DNA of 64,000 nucleotides from Cyanobacteriota bacterium (GTDB lineage Bacteria; Cyanobacteriota; Cyanobacteriia; PCC-6307; Cyanobiaceae): NCBI GenBank assembly GCA_046309395.1, contig JBKCPG010000120.1, positions 10 to 64,009 of the forward strand, read 5' to 3'. Shown piece by piece: positions 57,246 to 64,000 of this stretch (position 1 is its first letter; each line of letters starts with the position of its first letter). The notes under the pieces were generated by a model. It saw only the letters and a program-made list of their open reading frames with translations, ran no database searches and was not told where the DNA came from. The position numbers and the translations under genes were made by a program.

Positions 57246-58160
57246 CTACCAGGGTGAGTCTCCACCGCCAACTTCTTCATCCTGGCCCGAGGAAGGCCGC
57301 GGCTGATCGAGCACCTCGGCATGAATGCTCCATTTGAGGTCGCTCTCCACGGGGGTGGCCCCGGAGAAACTGCCCGACACCGCCGCTGTGAGATGGGATT
57401 TGGAGGAGGTGGCGAGCACGATGTAACGATCGTCGATCGGTCCGTTTCCGCTGGGGTCGAAGCCCCGCCAGCCGGCTCCAGGCAGGTACACCTCCGCCCA
57501 GGCATGGAGGTCGTAGTCCTTGGGCTTGGGCTCCACCAGGTGGTAGCCACTGACAAAGCGAGAGGGAAGGCCCACGCAGCGACAGGACTCAATCATCAGC
57601 ATCGCCAGATCCCGGCAGGAGCCCACACGCTCCTTCAGGGTGCGGCCCGCGGGCCAGGCGGGGCCGAGGTGGCGCTGGGTGTATTTCACCCGGTCTTGGA
57701 TGATGGCCACCAGCTGGTTGAGGAACGGCACCGCCAGCTGATCACAGCCCGTGAGCGCTTCCTGGGCCAGATCCACCGCCGCGGGATCGTGCTGGCCATT
57801 GGGGAGCCACCCCCCTAGGGCTCCCATGAGATCTCCATTGAGATGGCCCACCGGATAGGGCAGCAGGGGGGGATTCACTTCCAGGCACATCTCCAGGGGC
57901 GGGGCCGTTTGGGTGATCACCTCGCTGCTGGCCCGCACCAGGAAGCGATCGGTGCTGCCAAGAAAGCGGGCCCGAAGAATTTCATCTCCGCTGGAGGCCA
58001 ACAATGGATAGAGGGTATCTGGCTCAGGGGTGACGGCTAGCTCAAAATGCATCAATCGCTGGAACCCATGGCCTCGGGGTTTCAGGCAAAAGCGATGGGG
58101 ACCCAGCAGGATTGGCGCTGAGTAGCGGTAGTGAAGGGTGTGGGTTACGTGGGCACGCAT
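57246..58160 (-). CDS. Transglutaminase-like protein with bacterial transglutaminase N-terminal domain
   Basis: H.L.YRYSAP, GSCRDLA, RFVSGY, LHAWAEVYLPGAGWRGFDPS. Confidence 0.92.
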   Translation of the reverse strand: MRAHVTHTLHYRYSAPILLGPHRFCLKPRGHGFQRLMHFELAVTPEPDTLYPLLASSGDEILRARFLGSTDRFLVRASSEVITQTAPPLEMCLEVNPPLLPYPVGHLNGDLMGALGGWLPNGQHDPAAVDLAQEALTGCDQLAVPFLNQLVAIIQDRVKYTQRHLGPAWPAGRTLKERVGSCRDLAMLMIESCRCVGLPSRFVSGYHLVEPKPKDYDLHAWAEVYLPGAGWRGFDPSGNGPIDDRYIVLATSSKSHLTAAVSGSFSGATPVESDLKWSIHAEVLDQPRPSSGQDEEVGGGDSPW

Positions 58161-59128
58161 GCTGATTCGGGGTGGGTCGAAGAGCTGCTGGGGGTGGCGA
58201 TGAAATAGCGCTTTTCAATCAGCATGTGCAAACGGTTGAGATCTTGCTGGAGATGGTCGATGGCCTCATGCAAGCCACTGGAGATGAGATCGTCGATGCG
58301 GGTATAACTCCAGCGGGCCAGGGTGAGCCCAGCCAAGCATTCCAATTCGTCGGGTGCTCCAGGAACGGAACTGCCGCGGATGATTTTCAGGGTTTCGTTG
58401 ATCCGCTCCAGGCAATAGCGAACGGAGCGAGGGAAGATGGGATCCAACAACAGAAATTTGGCCACCGCTTGGGGGGCGATGGCCCGTTGTTGGGATTGAC
58501 GGAACATCTGATAAGCCCCGGCCGTGCGGAGCAGGGCAATCCACTGCAGCTCATCGAGCACGCCGCCCACGTCTTCATTGGAGGGGAGCAGCAGAAAATA
58601 TTTCACATCAAGGATTCGGGTGGTTTTGTCAGCCCTCTCCAGCAATCGCCCCAGTCGGCTGAACTGCCATGAGAGGTCACGGCTCAATGTGGCGTCGGTG
58701 ACCCCATAAAAGAGTTGGCAATCTCGGCGGATGATCCGCAACTGCTCCTGGGGAGGCTGCTCCCAATAATCAGGCTCCTGCAGACCCCAATAGCAACCGT
58801 TGATCTGCTCCCACATCTCGGTGGTGATGACATCTCGAATTTGACGTGCGTTTTCCCGGGCAAAGGTGATGCAATTCACGACACTGCTGGGGTTGTCGGC
58901 TTCGCGCACCAGGAAATTGATCACATCGTCGGCACTGCCTCCGGGATAAAGCTTGTCGAAGAGTTCCCTGTCACCGCTGGCGTCAATCAAGGGCAACCAG
59001 GGTTCCGCGCTGCCTGGAGGACAGTCGAGAGCCATGGCTTCGCTGACCTCAACAAAACGGGAAATGTTTTCCGCCCGCTCCACATAGCGGTTGATCCAAT
59101 ACAGGGAATCGGCAACGCGGCTCAGCAT
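58145..59128 (-). CDS. Alpha-E domain protein (DUF403)
   Basis: MLSRVADSLYWINRYVERAEN, ARENAR, GRLLERADKTTRILD, FPRSV. Confidence 0.93.
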   Translation of the reverse strand: MLSRVADSLYWINRYVERAENISRFVEVSEAMALDCPPGSAEPWLPLIDASGDRELFDKLYPGGSADDVINFLVREADNPSSVVNCITFARENARQIRDVITTEMWEQINGCYWGLQEPDYWEQPPQEQLRIIRRDCQLFYGVTDATLSRDLSWQFSRLGRLLERADKTTRILDVKYFLLLPSNEDVGGVLDELQWIALLRTAGAYQMFRQSQQRAIAPQAVAKFLLLDPIFPRSVRYCLERINETLKIIRGSSVPGAPDELECLAGLTLARWSYTRIDDLISSGLHEAIDHLQQDLNRLHMLIEKRYFIATPSSSSTHPESACVPT

Positions 59129-60591
59129 GGCAGGGCCTCCTCCATCACCGCGTCTGAAATGGCATCGTCAACGATCCAGGTGTCTTTGCATCCTCCCCCC
59201 TGGGAAGAATTCACCACCAACGAGCCCCGGCGCAGGGCCACTCTTGTGAGGCCACCTGGAGTGACCCAGTTGCTTTTGCCTCTCAGCACATAGGGGCGGA
59301 GATCCACGTGGCAAGGATAAATCTCGCCCTCGCTGAGGGAGGGAACCGTGGAAAGTTCCAGGGTGGGTTGAGCGATGAAATTACGTGGATTGGCCTCGAT
59401 CTTTGAAGCGAATATCGCGATTTCTTCTTTGCTGGCGTGGGGGCCAATTAGCATGCCGTAGCCACCAGCTTCAGCAACTGATTTCACCACCAGCTCATGG
59501 AGGTGGGCGAGAACATAGGCACGATCTTCTAATCGTGAGCAGAGAAAAGTTGGAACGTTTTCAATGATTGGCTCTTCTTTAAGGTAGTAGCGAATCATTT
59601 CCGGCAGGTAGGCATAGATTAACTTGTCATCGGCCACGCCGGTGCCAGGAGCGTTGGCGATGGCCACCCGGCCCGCGGCATAGGCCGCCATCAACCCAGG
59701 CACCCCAAGGATGGAGTCCTTCCGGAACACCTCTGGATCTAGGAAGTCGTCATCAATCCGTCGATAAATCACATCGACTGGCTCCAACCCCGCCGTGCTG
59801 CGCATCCAGACCCGCTTGTCTTCCACCACCAGATCTCTGCCCTCCACCAGTTGGATGCCCATCTGCTGGGCGAGATAGCTGTGCTCGAAATAGGCACTGT
59901 TGTAGACACCGGGGGTGAGCAGCACCACCTTTGGGTTGTCTGTCCAGGTGGCCAGATCCCGCAGGGTTTCCAGCAGGTGGGAGGCGTAATTGTCGATGGG
60001 CTGCACCGCGCGCCCGGAGAAGAGGCTGGGGAAGATCCGCTTCATGACCCGCCTGTTTTCCAGGAAGTAGGCCACGCCGGAAGGACAGCGCAGGTTGTCT
60101 TCCAGCACCCGCCAGGTGCCCTGGCCATCTCGCACCAGATCCAGCCCCGAGATGTGGCACCAGCGATTGAGGGGGGGCTGGATCCCCTGCATTTGGGGGC
60201 GCCAGCCCTGGGAACTCACCACATCCTCACGAGGCACCACGCCGTCGGCGTGGATGTGGCCTTGGCCATACACATCGGCCAGGAAGTGGTCGATGGCTTC
60301 CAGCCGTTGGAAGAGGCCCTTCTCCAGCCTCGCCCATTCGCTGGCGCGGATCAGGCGGGGGAGAGGATCGAAGGGAAGGATGCGCTCCACCCCAAGGGTG
60401 CCGGAATCATTGAGGCGGAAGGTGGCTCCCAGGCGCCGAAGCAACATGCCCGCGGCGGCGTGGTTGTGGTTGAGCTGCTCCAGTCCCATGCGCCCCAGGG
60501 AGGAGAGCAGGGGCCGCAGGGCGGAGCGAGGTTGCGCGGGAGCGCTGAAGTACTCGTCATAGCCGTGGTTGGGAGCGTAATCCGTGAACAT
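59122..60591 (-). CDS. Circularly permuted type 2 ATP-grasp protein (DUF404/407)
   Basis: GLDLVRD, LEDNLRCPSGVAY, PGVYNSAYFEH, IYRRIDDDFLDP, GTGVADDK, VDLRP, VVNSSQGGGCKDTW. Confidence 0.94.
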   Translation of the reverse strand: MFTDYAPNHGYDEYFSAPAQPRSALRPLLSSLGRMGLEQLNHNHAAAGMLLRRLGATFRLNDSGTLGVERILPFDPLPRLIRASEWARLEKGLFQRLEAIDHFLADVYGQGHIHADGVVPREDVVSSQGWRPQMQGIQPPLNRWCHISGLDLVRDGQGTWRVLEDNLRCPSGVAYFLENRRVMKRIFPSLFSGRAVQPIDNYASHLLETLRDLATWTDNPKVVLLTPGVYNSAYFEHSYLAQQMGIQLVEGRDLVVEDKRVWMRSTAGLEPVDVIYRRIDDDFLDPEVFRKDSILGVPGLMAAYAAGRVAIANAPGTGVADDKLIYAYLPEMIRYYLKEEPIIENVPTFLCSRLEDRAYVLAHLHELVVKSVAEAGGYGMLIGPHASKEEIAIFASKIEANPRNFIAQPTLELSTVPSLSEGEIYPCHVDLRPYVLRGKSNWVTPGGLTRVALRRGSLVVNSSQGGGCKDTWIVDDAISDAVMEEALPC

Positions 60592-60613
60592 GCGGCCGCC
60601 GGATGTTGTGTTG

Positions 60614-60655
60614 ATCCTGAAGGGCCATCGGGCCCGCACTGGTCGCGGTTGCTAC
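60614..60655 (-). promoter_or_regulatory. NtcA-like box and -10-like hexamer upstream of the ATP-grasp/alpha-E operon
   Basis: Minus strand GTA-GCAACCGC-GAC (60655-60642), then exactly 22 nt, then CAGGAT (60619-60614), about 20 nt before the ATG. Confidence 0.55.
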
Positions 60656-60732
60656 GGATCTCGCCCCCGCCGCGGCCAGCCTGGGCGCCACCGTGGAGTG
60701 GGAGGTCGCCTCAGGCCTCCGATCGGGAACCT

Positions 60733-62442
60733 TCAAAGCAGGAAATACCGCTGCGCCATCGGCAACACCTCGGCGGGTTCGCAGGTGAGCGGTTCGCCGT
60801 CCGCGAACACCTCGTAGGTTTGCGGGTCGACCTCCATTTTGGGCAGGGCCGTGTTGTTACGCATCTCCCGCTTGCCGATGCCCCGGGTGTGGGCCACCGG
60901 CACACAGGGCCGACGCAGCCCCAGCCGGCGGGGCACATCCTCCTCCAGGGCCGCCTGGCTCACAAACGTGAGGCAGCTGGGCGCCAAGGCGGCTCCGAAG
61001 GCGGCGAACATCGGCCGGCCGTGGACCGGACCCGGGGTGGGGATTGAGGCGTTGGCATCCCCCATCTGCGCCCACACGATCGATCCCCCCTTGAGCACCA
61101 GCTGGGGCTTCACCCCGAAAAACGCTGGTTTCCAGAGCACCAAATCCGCCAACTTGCCCACCTCCACCGAACCCACCTGGCTGTCGAGCCCATGGGCGAT
61201 GGCTGGATTGATCGTGGTTTTGGCGATGTACCGCTTCAGGCGGGTGTTGTCGTTTCGCGCGCTGTCGCCGGCCAGGGGGCCACGCTGCACCTTCATTTTG
61301 TGAGCCGTTTGGAAGGTGCGCAGGATCACCTCCCCCACCCGGCCCATGGCCTGGGAATCGCTGGCGATGATGGAGAAGGCCCCCAAGTCGTGGAGGATGT
61401 CTTCGGCGGCGATGGTTTCGCGGCGGATGCGGGATTCCGCGAAGGCCACGTCTTCCGGGATCTTGGGATCCAGGTGGTGGCACACCATCAACATGTCGAG
61501 GTGTTCCTCCAACGTGTTGCGGGTGTAGGGCCTGGTGGGGTTGGTGCTGCTGGGCAGCACGTTGGTTTCCCCGCAGATGCGGATGATGTCTGGGGCGTGG
61601 CCTCCCCCCGCCCCCTCGGTGTGGAACGTGTGAATCGTGCGACCGCCGATGGCCCCGATGGTGTCCTCCACGAAGCCCGCCTCGTTGAGGGTGTCGGTGT
61701 GGATGCACACCTGCACATCCATTCGGTCGGCCACGCTCAAGCAGCAGTCGATGGCGGCGGGTGTGGTGCCCCAGTCTTCGTGAAGCTTGAGACCACAGGC
61801 GCCAGCTCGCACCTGCTCTTCCAAGGCTTCGGGGGTGCTGGCGTTGCCCTTGCCGAAAAAGCCCAGATTCACCGGCAGCCCCTCGGCGGCCTGGAGCATG
61901 CGGGCCAGATGAAAACTTCCGGGGGTGCAGGTGGTGGCGTTCGTGCCGGTGGCGGGTCCGGTGCCTCCTCCGAGGAGGGTGGTGACGCCGCTGGCCAAGG
62001 CGGTTTCCACTTGCTGGGGGCAAATGAAGTGAATGTGGGTGTCGATCGATCCGGCCGTGACGATGTGGCCTTCGCCGGCAATGGCCTCCGTGCCGGGGCC
62101 CACCACGATGGTCACGCCCTCCTGGGTGTCGGGGTTGCCCGCTTTGCCGATGGCCACGACGCGGCCATCCCGCAAGCCGATGTCGGCCTTCACGATGCCC
62201 CACCAGTCGAGAATCACGGCGTTGGTGATCACCGTGTCCACCGCTCCCGCGGCCCGACTGGTTTGGGCCTGCCCCATGCCGTCACGGATCACTTTGCCGC
62301 CGCCGAACTTCACCTCGTCGCCGTAGACGGTGAAATCCTTCTCCACCTCCAGGATCAGCTCCGTGTCGGCCAGCCGCAGTCTGTCGCCCGTGGTGGGGCC
62401 ATAGGTTTCGGCGTAGACGCGGCGATCGATGCGGTAGGCCAT
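60733..62442 (-). CDS. ureC: Urease alpha subunit
   Basis: [59 protein letters not shown]; 569 aa from MAYRID. Confidence 0.98.
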   Translation of the reverse strand: MAYRIDRRVYAETYGPTTGDRLRLADTELILEVEKDFTVYGDEVKFGGGKVIRDGMGQAQTSRAAGAVDTVITNAVILDWWGIVKADIGLRDGRVVAIGKAGNPDTQEGVTIVVGPGTEAIAGEGHIVTAGSIDTHIHFICPQQVETALASGVTTLLGGGTGPATGTNATTCTPGSFHLARMLQAAEGLPVNLGFFGKGNASTPEALEEQVRAGACGLKLHEDWGTTPAAIDCCLSVADRMDVQVCIHTDTLNEAGFVEDTIGAIGGRTIHTFHTEGAGGGHAPDIIRICGETNVLPSSTNPTRPYTRNTLEEHLDMLMVCHHLDPKIPEDVAFAESRIRRETIAAEDILHDLGAFSIIASDSQAMGRVGEVILRTFQTAHKMKVQRGPLAGDSARNDNTRLKRYIAKTTINPAIAHGLDSQVGSVEVGKLADLVLWKPAFFGVKPQLVLKGGSIVWAQMGDANASIPTPGPVHGRPMFAAFGAALAPSCLTFVSQAALEEDVPRRLGLRRPCVPVAHTRGIGKREMRNNTALPKMEVDPQTYEVFADGEPLTCEPAEVLPMAQRYFLL

Positions 62443-62449
62443 GGGGGGG

Positions 62450-62767
62450 TTAGTCGAGGTGGCCGTTGATCTGGCCAGTGAATCCGAACACCCGCCGATC
62501 TCCGCCGTAGGGCACCAGGCGCACCTCACGGGTGTCGCCCGGTTCAAAGCGGATGGCGGTGCCGGCGGGAATGTCGAGTCGCAGGCCATAGGCGCGCTTG
62601 CGGTCGAACAGGAGGGCGCCGTTGGTTTCGTGGAAGTGGAAATGGGACCCCACCTGCACCGGACGGTCGCCGGTGTTGGCCACCGTGAGACTGGTGACGG
62701 GTCTGCCGGCGTTGAGCTCAAGGCTGCCGGGTTCACTGAGGAGTTCGCCGGGGATCAGATCACGCAT
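62450..62767 (-). CDS. ureB: Urease beta subunit
   Basis: [38 protein letters not shown]. Confidence 0.98.
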   Translation of the reverse strand: MRDLIPGELLSEPGSLELNAGRPVTSLTVANTGDRPVQVGSHFHFHETNGALLFDRKRAYGLRLDIPAGTAIRFEPGDTREVRLVPYGGDRRVFGFTGQINGHLD

Positions 62768-62772
62768 GGCGG

Positions 62773-63075
62773 TTAACGGATGGGGTCGTGCAGGGTGACG
62801 AGCTTCGTGCCATCGGGAAAGACGGCCTCAATCTGCACCTCGTTCACCATCTCGGGGACCCCGTCCATCACCTGGTCGCGGGAGAGCCACGTGGTGCCTT
62901 CCGCCATCAGCGCCGCCACCGTTTTCCCATCCCTGGCCCCCTCCAGCACCTGGAAGCTGAGCCAGGCCACCGCCTCTGGGTGGTTGAGTTTCAATCCCCT
63001 TCCCAACCGTCGCTCCGCCAGAAGGGCGGCGGTCACGATCAGGAGTTTGTCCTTTTCCTGGGGCGTGAGATGCAT
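62773..63075 (-). CDS. ureA: Urease gamma subunit
   Basis: [11 protein letters not shown]...GLKLNHPEA...[14 protein letters not shown]; 100 aa. Confidence 0.98.
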   Translation of the reverse strand: MHLTPQEKDKLLIVTAALLAERRLGRGLKLNHPEAVAWLSFQVLEGARDGKTVAALMAEGTTWLSRDQVMDGVPEMVNEVQIEAVFPDGTKLVTLHDPIR

Positions 63076-63085
63076 TCCCGGGGCG

Positions 63086-64000
63086 TTAGGGGCTTGCCGT
63101 GGCCGCAATGGGGCCTGAAGCACGAACGTGTCCACTCTCGCAGGCCACCCCATCCAAGGCCAGGGGATCCTCCTGAAATGGCCACACCCGTGGAGGCAGC
63201 GGGGCCGCCAAGCCCCGGGCCGCCCGGATTTCGGCCCAGACGCGGGTGAACCACCACCGCGCGGCGGTGCTGGACGGCCCCCGATAGCGAGCCACCAGGC
63301 CTTGGGACAGGGCTCCGCAGGCCATCTCTCCCTCCAGGTTTCGCCGCCTCTGGCGGCAGCGCGCCAGAAGATCCGTCTGGAGGCTGGGAGACAGGGGCTC
63401 TGGCGCGGCCCAAGCCAGGGCCCCCACCACCGGCTCTCCCCCCATGCCATGGGGCGCGTCGAGGGCGTCGCCGGCCAGTTCGATCCTGTCCACCAGCTCC
63501 CAGCGCGGGCGGCCCGCCCCATCCACGCGAACGATCTCGAGGGAGGACCGCCAGCGGCCGGCGGCCAGATCCTCGCCAGCCGCGGTGCGGCCCAGCCGGA
63601 TCACCTCCGCCCCCAGCCAGCTGGCCCCCGGGGCCATTTCCACCCGTGTCCGCTGCTCGAAGAGCCCATTGGCGTAGAGCACGATCTCTTGCGGCAGCCA
63701 CTCCAGGTCGGCTCCGGGCTCCAGCCGCACGCTCAAGCTCTGCCGCGCCCACGTGCCCTCGGGGCGGCGACGGGAGCGGCCGATGGAGCCATACACCTTC
63801 TGGGCGGCCACGCTCGTGAGCAGGGCGCGGCTCCCTTCCCCCAGACGCACCTCCACGTCAAGGTGATCCCCTCCCACCAGGCCACCAGCGGTGTGCAGCA
63901 GCGGCAGCTCGCAGCGTCCGTCGGCCAGGTGGGAGGCCCGCGTCAGCTTCAGCGGGGCCTCGGTCCCTCCCTGGAACTGGGTGCGCTCCCCGCGGGTGTG
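63086..64000 (-). CDS. ureD: Urease accessory protein, 5' end outside window
   Basis: Frame is open to the window edge (…APLKLTRA…[14 protein letters not shown]); [24 protein letters not shown]. Confidence 0.93.
   Translation of the reverse strand, partial: HTRGERTQFQGGTEAPLKLTRASHLADGRCELPLLHTAGGLVGGDHLDVEVRLGEGSRALLTSVAAQKVYGSIGRSRRRPEGTWARQSLSVRLEPGADLEWLPQEIVLYANGLFEQRTRVEMAPGASWLGAEVIRLGRTAAGEDLAAGRWRSSLEIVRVDGAGRPRWELVDRIELAGDALDAPHGMGGEPVVGALAWAAPEPLSPSLQTDLLARCRQRRRNLEGEMACGALSQGLVARYRGPSSTAARWWFTRVWAEIRAARGLAAPLPPRVWPFQEDPLALDGVACESGHVRASGPIAATASP

Noticed and set aside
1-64000. CRISPR arrays, tRNA/rRNA, IS elements
   Set aside because: No regularly spaced repeats, cloverleaf or rRNA signatures, or transposase motifs were seen by eye. 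A tRNAscan/Infernal run would be needed to exclude small RNAs.

Overview
High-GC picocyanobacterial (Cyanobium/Synechococcus-like) chromosomal segment with four main blocks. (1) 1-13.1 kb: the 5' part of an extracellular contractile injection system (eCIS; Afp/PVC/MAC type) on the minus strand. It encodes a DUF4255 cap, a sheath, three tube-family genes, DUF5908, a LysM/Afp7 protein, VgrG, PAAR, a 63-aa orphan, gp25, a greatly enlarged 1545-aa Afp11-like baseplate, and a tail fibre that runs off the window and is absent from the ORF track. (2) 13.4-25 kb: J-domain protein, rubrerythrin, GNAT, NYN, an FdhF/YdeP molybdoenzyme, a signal-peptide-bearing adenosine deaminase and moaBDE/moeA/moaC. 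(3) 25-40.5 kb: a low-GC surface-glycosylation island (His-tract GT-C, two GT2, SMR-type flippase, three redox/isomerase enzymes), glycerate kinase, an LssY-C protein, and two catalytically degenerate class III cyclases flanking an MscS channel whose cNMP domain is also degenerate. (4) 40.6-64 kb: nitrogen cluster with nrtABCD, narM, nirA, siroheme genes, ureDABC, and a circularly permuted ATP-grasp/alpha-E/transglutaminase/DUF2126 system with glgP embedded in it, preceded by an NtcA-like box. No rRNA, tRNA, CRISPR array or transposase was recognised. All family assignments come from motif recognition by eye, not from database searches.
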